DNA of 64,000 nt from Eledone cirrhosa. Its lineage: Eukaryota. The notes below the pieces were generated by a model. That model searched no databases and had not been told where the DNA came from. It was given only the letters and a program-made list of their open reading frames with translations. The position numbers and the translations under genes are program-made. The DNA is taken from positions 17,236,001 to 17,300,000 of the forward strand of contig OZ024743.1 in NCBI GenBank assembly GCA_964016885.1, in the 5' to 3' direction. Below, piece by piece: positions 11,968 through 26,937 of this stretch. Within the stretch, counting starts at the first letter, position 1, and every line of letters starts with the position of its first letter.

Positions 11968-13832
11968 ATTAAATCATACACATTTTTGAACTGAATGTTG
12001 TGACGCTGAAAATGATTCTCATTAAGTGGGATATGGAATAAATATGTAGTGAAGAGATCATAATATCAAAACACAATGGTAATATGTTTTTAGGAATGTT
12101 TAAATGTATTTCACAGTTTGATTCATTTCAGATGAAACATTAGAGTCAATTAAATATCTCCGAAATAGAATGATTGAAATAACTGATTCTTTAGAAAAGG
12201 TCCTAAAATCATCTAGAGACTACAGGTATGTAGTGTAAAACTGAAAGCCATGAAGTTCTGAGTCATCTCCACGTACAAGGGAACAGCCGGTAGGCCAACA
12301 TTACAACGTAAATCAAATATTAGTCTGAAAGGAAATTATTCGTTCCGCAGTAGACTAACTCTGATACAGTATATTCACTGCATTAATGTTATTAAGATCA
12401 ATTTCCTGTTACCTAACAAAATACAATTTAGACTATCAATTAGTACATAAGTTCAAAGCCATTGTACAATTATGTAATTTATCTGATGTAGAGATAAGAA
12501 ATGAAGTTGAAATATTTCCACTGCTTTTCCCCTTGATTGAATTATGTGGTGATTGTCCATTTTACAGCCTTTCCCAAACTCTCATTATATCTCAGGTGAT
12601 CTCAAAAGGCAGTAGTACTCATTGATGAATGTCTTGCTGATAATTAGAATATATTTGAGCTTCACAGCTAGATAATATTGAGGAGGGCCACCCTCAGTAT
12701 GAAGAGAGCAGTATTATGAAGATTATGCTATATTGTAAAATCATTATAGATACTTCATATGTGGAAGCAGCTATAATTTAGTGTACTTAGTTTACGTAAA
12801 ATAGTGTCTTGATAGGTTCGTTTAAACGTATTATGGCGGAGATTATACGTCGGAATATTACTAAAATCTCTGTGGAAGCATTTATATTCACTTGTTAATA
12901 CATTCATATATATATAACATTTAACATTTACCAATTCCTTATATAGGGTGCATATTCTCATTTAACATCTAAGTATGTGTCTCTATTTCCATAAAGCATT
13001 TATCTGTTAGTGTTCAGTGTTATTCCATTTAACACATCTATGTATGAGTATGCATAACATCAATTTCAATGATGTGCAATATGCAGGGGTGATATGAAAT
13101 GTTGTGGGTTTGCTGTGTATCATAATTTGTGTGTAAGGGCGTGGGCGCAGGCCAGTAGAAATTCGGGCCATCCATTGTATAAAACCTGCCCTGTATGTAT
13201 GTATATATATATATATATATATATTATGTTCGTGTGCATGAATGTGCATAGGATCGAGTGTCTGTTTGTGTGTTTGTTGTATGTGTGTTTGCATGAGCGT
13301 GCATTTTCCCAGTTTGATGCCGTTAGGGCTAGTATTCTCCTTGATGTCTGCCCACCACTAATGTCTAGGTAATTCCCTAATTCTAGATAGGAGACACATT
13401 CTTTAATTTTATAACGTTTTTGTTTTAAGTTTCCATGACATAGCACTTTATTGTATGTGATATCCGAACAGTAATCCAATTACATTTTTAAACAATGACA
13501 TTAATATGAGAATGATACAGATTTCAATTTTACGAAGTGTTATTAACATTCATTGAGTATAGACATATTTTTCTCTAACTGTAAACAAACCCACCTGGCT
13601 GTTTCCTCTCAGAGTAGCAGTAGCAGATGTATGTTGAATGATAGAAAGCGATATAATGTCATATATATAAAAAGTAGTTCCTGAGTGGGGTCAGTGGCAA
13701 ACAGATTTGAATCAGGTTTTCAATACGTCGGTAAAGTATAGGCATCTTTACTATATTTAGATATCATTGCTTCAGGATTTCATTCATTAACAGAGGTGAT
13801 TATATATATTATATGTATATATATATATTTAT

Positions 13833-13834
<2 letters not shown>

Positions 13835-13917
<83 letters not shown>

Positions 13918-13918
13918 A

Positions 13919-14008
<90 letters not shown>
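13835..14008. repeat. (AG)n microsatellite
   Basis: Direct observation. Many (TA)n and (CA)n tracts also occur, e.g. 552-630, 5979-6143, 11048-11270, 44979-45270, 51622-51783. Confidence 0.95.
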
Positions 14009-14011
<3 letters not shown>

Positions 14012-14605
14012 TGATCTAGATGTCCAAACGGCCGGAGCTCAGCCGTTGGGGTCCTGACTATTTTCATATTACCTACTCTATCGCCCTAAGTTTTGAGAAC
14101 TCTGGTGCATTATGGTCCACCTGGTATCATAGCCCACCCTCTTTGTTATATGTATATTTATATGCTGTTATGTCAATCCAGAATGTTATGATAGTCCTTA
14201 TGTTTGCATTCATTATATTTTTCTTTTCAAAACCTCACGGAATATTTGATTGATTTACATTGCTATTCCTTAAAGTTGGAGAAATAAACGAGAACTATAT
14301 GAACGTTAAATGTTCAAAATTAATATTTTTTTTAGATTAATAAGTTAGATATTCCGATAGCATACACACATTTATAAAAGCCAGAAGCACATGGAAAAAA
14401 ATTCAAGTTATCTGTATATTTTGTAGATTGACGTTACATAATTTCCTTGCAATATATTATCGTAGGAATCGGTTAATTATGTAAGCACCAATGATATTAC
14501 GTTAATCTACATCTAACAGAAAGTAATAAATAAAAACTTAACTTAACTCATGTTTCTGTAACTGAGACTGCACCAACGTCTAGAAATGTATACAAATATC
14601 TAATA

Positions 14606-14646
<41 letters not shown>

Positions 14647-15812
14647 GACAGAAATGCTTAAATTTAACAAATTGATTAACGTCGTTAAATGATTTTCGAA
14701 TTATATTAACCTCATCAAAAGATATGTATATCTTCCAATCAACCAAACGAAGACATGTAGTTGATACCAATTCGTTCTTAGTATTATTCTGAAGTGAACG
14801 TACTACTTTCCATATAATTCACGCTCGTTTTGCAAATTAATTGATATAGTATGAGGTGCACTAGCATCCGAAGTGTATGATAAACCGTAGAATTCATACA
14901 AACGATCTTCCTAATGCAAGAATTTTGCTATCGATTCGATGATACACCATGAAATGCGTCTGCAGTTTATCGTCCAACATTCTGTAGGTAGTTAAACTGT
15001 AATTATTTATTTATTATCGTATTAATTTATTCATCTATCTACTAATTAATTTTTATCTCATTTAATTCAATGCAATTAACGGTAATTCTATCCAATATTA
15101 TTTCTATATTAATGTTACTATATTTTGCGAAAGTGATTTTGACAAAATCATAGTGAATGAAATTAAATTATAGTAAGTTTAATTATTCTATTAACAAGTA
15201 ATTAATAAATTAGCATATAAATATTAGATAGCATGTAATATACACTGATTTTTGATTCATCGAATGGTACACATGAGAAAACCTTTAATTGGTGGACCTC
15301 GGTTCTTTGCATCTTAATACAATATGAGTACATATATCCTTTAACCTGTGAAATTATCTAACAATTTAACATATAATTAAACTATAATTCCCTAAACTTT
15401 AGTAGCCTTCTCATATCATATTACCTATTATTGTTTGTATATTATTTGATACTAATTATTGTTTGTATATTATTAGATACTAATCAGCTATTGTTATATA
15501 ACCTCAACAATTACGCTAAATTATCACATAGTTAACAATAGCTCAACAGCTTGCCATCTTGAACATTAATGCCCGAATGAGTCAGAAATGTAATTTCCAT
15601 GCATGGTCTTAGATGAGTACCGTTTCCTTCGAATGAAGAGAGTCCTTAGGCCACCAGACATTTCCCCACCCCTCGCACCTACTGCACCGGTTCGAGTTAG
15701 GATGGATTGAATGTGGATTTCGAGCCTGCATATGATCGAGGTTGGTTTTCGATTTGTTCTGTTTTGGTGTTGCCCTGATAATAATTTAAATAATGTATAT
15801 TTTAAATATAAT

Positions 15813-15997
15813 TGTTTCTACTTAAGGCACAAGGCCAGCAATTAACCAGTGCATTACAGGTACTTTATTTTATCGACCCCGTAAGGATGAAAGGCAAAGT
15901 CAACCTCGGCGGGATTTGAACTCAGATCGTAAAGGGACGTAACTATGCTGGAAAACATGGCGTCCGACTCTCTACCGATACTGCCAATCCACCGCCC
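15813..15997 (-). mobile_element. tRNA-type SINE, full length, 13-bp TSD
   Basis: Element strand starts gggcggtggattggcagtatcggtagag (A-box-like) and has B-box gagttcaaatcc. TSD ttttaaatataat at 15800-15812 and 15998-16010. Confidence 0.93.
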
Positions 15998-16025
15998 TTT
16001 TAAATATAATGATGTTAAATATAAT

Positions 16026-16210
16026 TGTTTCTACTTTAGGCACAAGGCCAGCAAATACCCAGTACATTACTGGTACTTTATTTTATCGACCCCGTAAGGA
16101 TGAAAGGCAAAGTTAACCTGGGCGGGATTTGAACTCAGACTGTAAAGGGACGTAACTATGCTAGAAAACATGGCGTCCAACCCTCTACCGATACTGCCAA
16201 TTCACCGCCC
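16026..16210 (-). mobile_element. tRNA-type SINE, full length, 19-bp TSD
   Basis: Same family. TSD taatgatgttaaatataat at 16007-16025 and 16211-16229. Confidence 0.93.
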
Positions 16211-17037
16211 TAATGATGTTAAATATAATGATGTTCGGATTAATTTAGTCATGGCGTATTGTTTCGTTCCAAAACTCTATTGGTATTTGGATTATAAGCA
16301 TTTCTAAATCTCCAGGTTCATTCCAGAAACATATTGTATTATTTTCTCTTAGATCAGTGTTATCCCATTTTCTGATGTGTATCCGCTACTTTAATGAAGT
16401 CAGAAACATGTCTGCCGACAATCAGATGAATGTCTGCTATATCAAATATGTAATACCTCTATAATTTAGTATGAAGCACATGTAAATTCTACCAACGCAC
16501 TCCATCAAAGCGAAACATGATCATATGTAGGGCTGACAATGATGGTTTAAAAAACATTATCTCAATCACGAAATGAGTTTTAAATAACGAGACAAAAGGT
16601 ACAGAACGAAGCTCGCAGGCCAAAATTAGCACAAAAACGGTACCAACAAGGAATAAACCATTAAATGGAAACTCGAAAAGTAAGTTTTTAAATCTCCATC
16701 ATCCTCTAAAACGTATACTAACATTACATTATGTTAAAATTAACTTTTCCCACTTGCTTGATTAAATTCATATACTAAGTTACCCCACCCCCATCTGATT
16801 TTCCCATTCTACACCAGACAAATATAATCCTGTTACATTACGTTATGAAGGCTCACTCATGTTACTATTCTTAAATTTTAATCTTTAATTATAAAAATAT
16901 TACTATTCTATCTCCCTCCTTCATTAGAATTTCAGTATGTTAATAATTTATTTTATCTCCTCTCACCTCACTAAAATTCTCTCCCCTTTAATTACAAGAC
17001 CTCTTTTGTTCTCAACAGGATGTAGCCATGTTTGTTA

Positions 17038-17096
17038 TAATTAAAAGCCGATGAGTTGAGTGAATCTAGGCAGTGAAACGCGCGTCTTATTAATTA
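17038..17096 (+). ncRNA. Degenerate hammerhead-like motif
   Basis: CCGATGAG (core mutated) ... GAAAC-gcgc-GTC, with stem I taattaaaag/cttattaatta. Stem II is poor. Confidence 0.3.
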
Positions 17097-17335
17097 TGAG
17101 TTATTTGTATTCGTTGTAGAGCTAATTGATTATTGTTGAATACGTTACACACAAAAGCATGATGAAACAGTTCGTCAAATCCCAAATCAACTCTAAAAAA
17201 TTAACATATCTATCTGTATATTAGATGTAATTTGAAACGTATGACCTTCATAAGATTTACTTCTAAATATTACTATTTGTTAGAGGACCATCGACATTTT
17301 GAGAAGAGTAACATAAATCAACATCATTATTTTAC

Positions 17336-17450
17336 AGTTTGAGTTCAAATACCGCCGAGTTTAACTTTGCCTTTCATCCTTACGGGGCGATAAAATAAAT
17401 CATCAGTAATAGACTGTGATAATTGCTGACATTTTGCCAAAGTTGAAACA
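17336..17450 (+). mobile_element. 5'-truncated SINE with 10-bp TSD
   Basis: gagttcaaatacc...ctttgcctttcatccttacgggg...gaaaca. TSD attattttac at 17326-17335 and 17451-17460. Confidence 0.85.
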
Positions 17451-19281
17451 ATTATTTTACGTAACAACGGATATAAATTTACTAACCTAAACTGCCACAC
17501 ATATGCTGGTGAAGCACGGACAATTCAAATGTTTTTTATCTTGTAATTGATAAAATGCAAAATTAATTTCAGTATGATTTAAACTTTTGATTTATACTGA
17601 TGTAACAGTATAATACAATTCATTTTGTCACTTCATTTGGCATTCTACACATTATGGGCAATAATTAGATACCATAACTATATTACTTCAGATATTTCGT
17701 TACACGATAGCTATCTATTCCTTTTATTACTTCATACATTAAACCAAATAATCTTTTGTTTTGTGGTTTGGAATATATATATCCATTCTGCAGTCGGTAT
17801 TACCTAGAATTCCTGAGCAAACGACTTACCCAGTCAACTTAAATCTAACATGTCAGTAGTTAAAGTGAGTTAGATATATTTCTTTAGGAATAAATTTCGG
17901 AATGGTTTACTAAGCAAATCAGAGCTGGTCCATTTAGTGTCTAAATGGCAATCTATTTAACAGAAGTCGACGGACGAGAAATGAGGTTTCAAGTAATATC
18001 ATCAATGGTGTCTGAATGAAAACATTAAAATGCCATCAAAAGATTTATATTTCGTTTCTATTCATATAGATTCATATCTCCTTTTCAATTTACTTTCGGT
18101 GTTACCTTGCTGCTCTTGTTGATATTATGATTATTGATTTTGTTATTTTTGATATTTTGAAGATAGAAAAAGTGACAATGTCAAATTGAATGTATTTGTG
18201 TATGTAGTTCCTACTATGTTGTCTGCCAAACTGTCATGGGGTTGCGTGCTATTTTGGGGCTTGAGAGGATAACCTGATATTTGGTTACGGAAATACTTGA
18301 GACTTTGATATTTTATTTCTATGATTTGGATGTGCAGTACTGCATATTTTTTTATTTAATGCACAAACATGTAACAATTTGTGTTTTCACTAATCGTATA
18401 AGGTATTTCATAAAATTTGAAATGTATTATTTAGGTGATCGTAGCTGACGTTTTTTTTTACATTCTTCGTTTCTTTTTTGCGAAATCTGCTGTCTGGTTA
18501 AATGTATAGTTATATATTAAATTGTTACGCCATCTACAAATTTTCCTCGTCTAGGTTGGTGGCTTAAGCTTATTTTAAAATAAATCTCCGTAAAATACTA
18601 TTTCCTTTTTATGACATCTTTCCTATAAAACGCATGTTATATAATTGTTTTCTGTTTCTAATAGAATGTTGAGCTGTAGAATATATGCAATATGCAATAC
18701 TTCAATATTGGCATTGCGTTTCTAAAGTTCTCTTAAATGTTGGCAATGCAATTGAATGTTGATAGTAAAAGATGACTTGCCGTCATATAGAAAACACAAC
18801 CGATGGTTTCCAAGGCATTTTTCCTTAGTGCGATATCATAAAGCTCGCAATACCTAATCGTCCAAGATATATATTATTCATAGTTTTAACTCTGGCCATA
18901 GTGGATGTCATTATTATTGTTTGTTGCTATTATAAAATCAAGCAAGCAGTAGTGTATTGCGAAAAACGTTTTGTAATTGTTTGATCCGCAAACTTTCCTG
19001 AGTCAGTCAATTGATTTTCTAACTTTTGTTTTTATTTTCATGTTAGTATTTATGAGATTACATAAGAGAGAGTGTGTGTTTGAATGTGTGGGTAAATCAT
19101 TATATGAAGTATAATTCGTGCGTATTGTGAAGCTTTTGTAGTTATTAACCGCTAGATATTCCTCATGGTTTGTCTTCAATTTTCTCATGTCATGCATTCC
19201 TACCTAAAAAAGATACCTTGTGAAGACAACATGTAATACATACATATATATATATATATTCATAATATTGATTTTCAAATT

Positions 19282-19450
19282 ATTCTTCTTCTTCTTCTTC
19301 TTCTTCTTCTTCTTCTTCTTCTTCTTCTTCTTCTTCCTGAGAGGTTTGTGGGAGCAGAGTCCTGAAACACTCCTTCCAGCGGGTCCTGTTCGCAGCAACC
19401 ATCTACAATTGATCAATTTACAGCTCATTAACATACTCGGAGTAGCTATC
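19282..19450 (-). mobile_element. Probable 3' end of an RTE-like LINE with (GAA)n tail
   Basis: Minus frame VAANRTRWKEC resembles the RTE C-terminal AxDRxxWR motif, followed by (GAA)n. A loosely related segment lies at ~20875-21030. Confidence 0.35.
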
Positions 19451-21253
19451 ATACATGCTTCAATTACAACGCAATTTTTCATATAAATTTGTATTTAATA
19501 TCCCCCAAACGGCATTATATGCATTGCATCCAAATGTAGGAAAGCAAGATAGAATCTAGTAAGCAATTTTCTCGTGGATGTATTTTCCTATTGGTGTATT
19601 TGGTGCTAGGAATATAATAGCCATTACAAATATAGGATCGTTCTTTAACAATTTACTTCTGCACCACTGAAGTTCCTGAAAGTATGTGAAATATTGTCCT
19701 AAGATATTGGGCAATTTAAATACATAATTCCTACAAAAAATCACCACATTCTTTAAAATAACACACGTGAAAATGCCAGCACACATGTACACATATGGAC
19801 AAATATGCCTTATAGAATGTATTGCATATGGTTAACCCTTTAGCTCACGTGTTTTCTACGATGTTTAACAACATTTAAATATCAAGTGGCAGAAAAATAG
19901 TAGAATCTTTTGTTAATTCCATGATTTGCTTATAAAAATATATATTATAAACTAACATCCTATGTGTATACTTATCCATGTGTCTAGTGAGATTTAAGGA
20001 GTAAGTATTTGCATCCGGTTTCATGGCATTGGATGAATGCAGGAAATACGGATTGCTATTTAGTACAAGATGGATTGATTGGAGTTACCTTATATTGTTT
20101 GTCATCAATATACGAAAATATAGTTGCGAACAGTGAATGGTACATATATGAATGTTTGCAGAAATAAGAGAAACAACACAAAGTGGTTGTAGCAGGTGTT
20201 GAACGTACAGGTATTACCTAAAAATCTTGTAAGTATATTTTATAGGATTATGTGAGGTTGACATATTCATATGCTAATATCTACGTGGGTAAACATTCAG
20301 ATAACATTATTTACCCTATTTCTGTCAGGATTCGATGTTTGAATCGTAACCAACAACAAATTGAGCCGTGACCCTCATATTGTAGTTGCGTGAGAAATAA
20401 TACACCAGTTTTCTAATCAGGTGCGCTTATATAATACTAGGTATCTCTTTATTTTAACTTTCCCTCTCACTTTGGAAGCAAACAGATTTGATAAAATGCT
20501 GAGTATAAAAATTGTAATTACCCACGAACCGTGATATCTGAACGAAGAGATTATAAAGATTCATCGTAAGTCGAAGGACCAACAGAGAAAGTCTTGTATT
20601 ATATAATATAAGTTCTACTATCGACAGTTTACTTGACGCATGTTGCTTGTAAAGAAAAATATTATAATGCGCATAATTTGGATGTACGAAGTTCCTTTTA
20701 ATCAGCATTTCGTATACATGCAGCCAACAAGGGCATTTTTCTAAAGGAAAGTATTCAGATACAGAAATATGACAGCGTGGAGAATTGAATTTACGACGCA
20801 AATATGAAGTTCATTATTCTTCGAGAAATAATTTATAATACATTGTACTCAACAATAAAACAACTGTGTTTCATGTCTTCTTGTTCTTCACCAATTTATT
20901 CTGGAGAGAGTCATGGGGACAGAAAGTTCAAATACTCCTTCCAGTCAGAAGCAACCGCTTCCAACAGATTTTGCAGGATCTAAAGCAAGACCAGCCTAGC
21001 CTATGGAATAACGATACTCGAAAGTATCGACAGTTCAACCCGCCGCTTCTAAAATTGAGAGATATCAATTTTGATATTAGAGACATATGGTCAGTATATG
21101 TAAGCAAAGAATCGCTAGATAGATTTTACGTGCAAAACCAATTTGTAGAACACCCAGCCGTAAAACCCGAGTAAGATGGTTGGATAAAATCCATGGGATA
21201 GGCTGGAAGAAGAAGAAGGAGGAGGAATACACTGGAGGAGGGGAAGGGGATAC

Positions 21254-21295
<42 letters not shown>

Positions 21296-21615
21296 TTTCA
21301 TTTATTGGCCACAAGGGCCGACATATAGGGGATTATACAAAAGACTGTTACAGTGTGGTTTTACAGAAAAATCGAGTAAACAATATGAATAAACAAAGTA
21401 ACAATAACAAAGTAACAATACAGTAACAATAAAATTACAACAAGAAAACATTCCCCAATAGGGTTCGCTCAGGTACCCCACCAGTCCTGAACGACCCGAC
21501 GTTTCGAGAGCACCCTGGAAGGGCACCCCTCTCCTCTTCAAATTTACCTACCTACAGCCGCATGACCAGAGTAGGCCCACTCACACGGGTCATTCTCGCC
21601 ACATTCACCCACCTT

Positions 21616-24600
21616 TCAGCAAATGTACCGGGGGGCAGCACATTCCCTCTCCACCCTCACCTTCCTTTCCAACTGAAACTTGAAAAAGTTGATGAGGGAT
21701 TGGCCGAAGAGAAAAGTGTCTGTCTTCAGTCCTTTCAACCTCGTCCACCATACAACCTCTTTCGCTACTGCCACCAGACAGAGGAAAATTGCCTGCCCTT
21801 CCTGGCCAAAAGAAGGCGGCGGGTCGATCGTCACTATGGACTCGGCCGATAGCCGGATCCGTTCTACAGGCGACAACAGCTGTTCAACATAACTCCACAA
21901 GTCAATAATGCACGGACACTGAACGAGTGCGTGCAGAACGGTTTCGTCGTACTGCGCGCATCTCGGGCAGGTCCGTCTGACAGTACTTCCGTGCCTGTAG
22001 AGTTTATCTCGAACCGGCAGTGCCCCGCGGTAGCACTGCCAAGCGAGGGATTTTTGGAAATTATCCATCGTCCCCGGCTCGGTACAGACTGGTTAGTTCG
22101 AATTCGTAGACTCCCAGAGCCTCTCTGAGTACGTTGTCGCACTTTCCCACCACTAATCCTCGAGAGTGGAAGTTCCACTGACCGCATTGCTCGCTGGCAG
22201 AGGGCAGTGAGTGCCTGGCAACATTCCAGATGCCAGTCACCCAGTCTCGGTCATTTCTTTACCCAGGACTGCAGCTCAGTCAAAGAAACGAGCTGCGGAA
22301 AAGCCCGTCTGACAAACGGCGACCACACCTGTTCACCGTTTAGGCAGAATATCTGGAGATGCCGGAGCCTCAGCGCGTGCCTGCGCATCATTAGGCACGG
22401 CATGCCCAGTCCTCTAAGTAGAGGGTGCTGGCAGCAGATGGACCGCATCACCAGCGGAACCGGACCCCTCCACAAGAATTTGAAGAGGAGCCGCTCCAAG
22501 ATGGCGAGGCGCGAACAGGGGCAAGGGACGACAGTTAAACGGTAGTAGATGACGAACTCGATGTACGCGTTCGCCACCTCCGCTCGACCTTTCAGTGATA
22601 GCTTCATCCCAACCCATTTCTGGGTGACACTGACTACCCTGACCGTCACCTCGTCCCAATTGTTATCCACCTGGAGGTCTGACCCGAACCAAACACCTAG
22701 AAACTTTACCGGTCCGTCTGTCCAGCGCCTAACGACGCTGTTGGAAAGCATGTACTTGCCACTCCAGGTGCCGAGTTGCAAGCCTACTAACTTTTCCGGC
22801 TTAAGTTTTGCTCCCGTCAACCTTTCATATTCCTCCAATAAGTTGCTGACCACCTCGATTTCTGAGGTGTCCCACACCATCACGGTGATGTCGTCCGCAT
22901 AAGCCGACACAGCCTTTCCGCGTCCCGGTTCGAGCGGGATGCCCTGCAACAGCTCCAGCTTCCGCAGTAAAGGCTCGAGAGTCAATGCGTACAGAAGGGA
23001 GGAGAGAGGGCACCCTGACGGACCGTTGGGGAGACCTGAAACGGTTCCGAGGGGTGGCCATTAATTTTGACCATCAGCAGGTCCCGCTGTGCATTGCAGC
23101 GATCCAGCTTCTGAAGACGGGGCCGAAGCCAGCCGCCTTGAGAACAGCCTCCAGGTACCGATGGTCGACCCTATCGAATGCTTTCGATTGATCTAAATTG
23201 ATCAGAGCCCCACCGAAGCCAGGTTTACACCCTACCCTCTCTATGATGTATCGCATTAGGTGGAGGTTGTCGTGTATGGACCTGGTTGGGATTGCGCAAG
23301 TTTGCGCCTCCCCAACAAATGCCCCACGACAAGCGCCAACTTCTTCGCTAACACCCGGGTCAAAATCTTAAACTCAGTGTTGAGCAGAGTTATGGGCCTG
23401 AAATTGTCTAACGTGTCCCTCTTGTTCTCGTCTTTCCTTATCAGCGTCACTACGCCCCGGCTCACAGAACTGGAAATACTCCCGTTTTACTGCCAGTTGC
23501 AGTAGAGGGCTTCGAGGAGATTGGAGAACAAGTCTGGCATATTTACGTAAAGCTCGTAGGGCAGACCATCCAAACCGGGTGACTTGCGCCTCATGCAGCC
23601 TACAAGGGCATCCTGAATCTCGGCTGATGTAATTGGCCTTTCGCAGTGCCCAGCGTCAGCCGTCGAGAGTTGCGGCAAGCCATCGATGTAGGGACTGAAG
23701 TCCGCCACCATCTCTGACCCGCCACTTCCCCCCAACAACCGAGCAAAATGTTGGCAAAAGGCCTCACACATCCTCTTGGAATCGCTCAGCTCGTGCCGCT
23801 CTCGGTCCGTCAAAGACCGAATCCTGGTTTTATTACCACGCTGCGCCTCTGCCACGCGGGCCCATCGAACAGCTTTGGTTCCCTCGTTTCTCAGGGCACG
23901 CGCCTTAGCTCTGACAATGCAACCTTCGTGTTTCGCATTGAAGAAATGGTCTAATGCCATTCTCGCCGCTAGCACATCAGTTGCAATGCCACTACCAATA
24001 GCCTCGTCTAACTTATCTACCAACTCCTCCTCCTTTCTATTTTTCTCTAATGCTACTTCTTTGCTAAACTCTATCGACATTACTCTAATCTCTCTTTTGA
24101 GTGCCTCCTACCATCTATTGTTGACGATTCCTCCTATCAACTTTTTCTTAACTAAATTGTTGACCTGGTCCCTCTAAGCCTTACGTGCCGGAAATGACAT
24201 GTTTAGCTTCCAGTAACCAGGTCCTAACCTACGCGACTTATCTAGGTCGACCATACAGATCACAAACTTGTGATCTGAATAGGCGACCGGTTCAAAACGG
24301 GATAGCTTACACTATTTCTGTCTATTTTCCTAATGAATATCCTGTCTATATACGATCTAGATGACCCTATACGGTTAACCCAGGTCCACACTGGCGCATT
24401 AGGGAAATCTAGTCGGTACCTGTCAGACAGTTGGAACTGGCTGATCAGGTTCTTGAGGCTTTTACACCCCCTGCTCCTATCGGATAATCCCACACAGTGC
24501 CAGCGTGCGTCTAAGATGCCGTTCAAGTCCCCCGCTAACAGTAAAGGGCGAGACGTACCCTGAAAGACTTCCAGGCGTCTAAAGAAGTCCGGCCGTCCTG

Positions 24601-24948
24601 CCCCAGTAGGAGCATAGACGGCCACCAGTCTAAATGCACCACCTTCATTATTGTTCACGTCCAGGACCACCAACTTCCCGTCCGGGTCCCGGAAGATCGA
24701 CCTTCCTCAAGATCCAGACCTTTCCTAACCAGCACTGCCACCCCGCCTCCCATTCCCGGCCGGTTAACAGATGCAAAGATCTGATAGTCGTCGAAAATGG
24801 GGGCTAGTGCGCGTGTATCGGAAATCCTGGTTTCGCTGACTGCAATTACATCCATTTCTATAGACCTGAGGTCGTTGAGCAGGTGACCCCGCTTCCAGGA
24901 CGATCCCAGGCCTCGAACATTTAAACATCTTGCTCTTAATACGGCCAT
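21616..24948 (-). pseudogene. Copy A ORF2: APE endonuclease + reverse transcriptase + C-terminal zinc finger (frameshifted)
   Basis: LNVRGL, VSET, VYAP, GDLN, YIDRIF, YWKLN, KSPGLDGLP, NFRPITLLN, DQSKAFDRVDH, YADD, LSLKGR, CPRC...HALVQC. Confidence 0.92.
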
Positions 24949-24979
24949 GTTGGCAGGTTAAACAGAGAGAGAGGAAGGT

Positions 24980-26937
24980 CTACTTACTTTCCGGGCTCTT
25001 GTGAAGGTCGGGTTGTTCGACCTCCATAGTTAGTGGGGTTTCTTTTGGGATCCCCTTTAAAAGTCTTGAAGTGGGTTTTAAGTTCGGGGTTCCCACGTCC
25101 CGAGGAAATCTGTCTCGTATTTCTTTGAATATGTTGAGCGACATTCGCACCAGAACCAAATCTTCCGGCCCGCGAAATGTGCTCGATTTAAACATTTCCC
25201 CCTCTTTTTGGATATTTTCCCTTCGTGCGACGAGGGCCATCAGTTCCTTGTTGGCCCTCCTGACGAGCACGAATTTTGTATGTTTTGTTGGTGTGATTTT
25301 ATTTGTTTGTGTGGCTGTGGTGGTGATGGTTGTGGTGTTGTTGTTTCGGTTGTATCTGTGTTTGTTGTGAGTTCAGATGTTTGTGTGTATATTTGTTCTT
25401 GCGTCTGTTTCGGTTGTTTGCGTTTGGGGGATTCCGGTGATAGTGATGGTGGTGTTGATGTTGGTGTTATTGGAGAGATGTCTGCTTGGATGGTGTCTGG
25501 TTTTTTTATTGTGGGTGCTTTTTGTGCTGTGTTGAGTTTTTTTTTCTTTTTGTGTTTCCTTTTTTGTATTTTGGGGGATTTTGGATTTCACTCATTTTCA
25601 CTACTGGTATCTGAGGGGTCTGTGTCTGTAAGTGTGTCTGTATGTATGTTTAAGGTTTTATTGGTATGTGTATTTTTGGGGGGAGTGAGAATTTGACAGC
25701 TTTCCTCGTTTCTCCCCTGGGTGGTCAATGTTGGTGGTGGTCTTTCTATTGGTGTTGTTGTTGCTGGTTTTGCCGGTGCAGGCGTTGGTTGTGGTCTTCG
25801 CCCCGGCGTCGGCAGCAGTCGAGCCTTTCGACCCCTTGCCACTTTCAGCAGTTGAGGGCAGAAGGCTCGCAAATGGGTTTTTACCCCACAAACAAAACAC
25901 TGCGGTCTTTTGGCTTTTGTGAATGACAGTCCCATTCTGAAGGCGGATGTGGTCTGGGATTGTCTTCACATTCTCGGGCCTGATCTGGAGAAGGATCTCC
26001 AGGTCAACCCCGGACCAGTCCTCTCTAGCCGTTCTGGTCACTTCTATAGGGACTGTATCCGTCCCCTCCACAATCACACATCCCAGAAGCCACCACATGT
26101 CAAGTCCTGGTGGTATTCTGGGAATGCGGGGACGGGCGGTTCTTTTTCCCATGTGGGAAGGGTACATTATGACCTTGCTGGTTTTGCAAGGAGTCATAGA
26201 GTGTTTCATAGCGAGGGCTTCTGACTTGAACAACACCGAAATGGTGCCGTACTGTCTGCCCCTCTCTATGTACTGGGTGTCTACTCTGATGCACCTCAGC
26301 GCGACTTCGACGTCTTCTTGTGGGATTAACGCTGCCCTTTTGGTTTGTGCTGAGATGCATTTATAATGCACCGTTTTGCGCTCCACTGCCTCAATAGCTT
26401 CTACCGGGACAGTTAAGCATGAGCTTCCATGCCTGGGCCAACTTTTCATCTTTGTTTGAGAGGTCCATGTTGAAGCATGGCCTCTTTTTTGCTGCTGCCG
26501 AAGCGAGAGTGGTCTTGTTTTCGTTGGGGGTGTTGTTGACGTTGTTCTTGTTGGTGTTGTTGTTAGCACTGTCACTGTTATCATTGTTGTCTTTGTTGCC
26601 ACCGTTGTTCTCGGTGCAGTTGGTATTGTTGCTGTTGGTGTTGTCGCTATTTATTTTCATGTTAGTGGTGTTGATATTGTTGTTGTATTTGTTTGTTTTT
26701 TTTGTTATCTGTATTTTCGTTGTCGCTGTTACTGTCATTTTTTTCAAAATGAGAGTTCTTATTGGTATCATTGGTGTCTTTGTTTACCTTGTTTGTGGTG
26801 GTGTTTGTATTATCAATGTGTTTTAATTTCGCTGTAGCGCTCCTCTCAACTTCTACGTCGTTGTCGCACGACAGCCGACATATCGCTGCGGCGCGTGGCT
26901 CAGCCAAGTTTTTTTTTCTTTGTACATTTTTTAACAT
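24980..26937 (-). pseudogene. Copy A ORF1: gag-like nucleic-acid-binding protein (frameshifted)
   Basis: Asn/Thr-rich N-terminus, RGRQYGTISVLF block, knuckle CFVCGVKTHLRAFC, and a C-terminal domain shared with B and C. Confidence 0.8.

Noticed and set aside
12010-12720. Possible decayed Penelope RT on the minus strand (FDI..SL.T-like traces)
   Set aside because: Requires several frameshifts; too weak to support without a search.
15813-16210. Functional tRNA genes or a CRISPR-like array
   Set aside because: A/B-box-like heads belong to SINEs with TSDs. There is no complete cloverleaf and no repeat-spacer periodicity.
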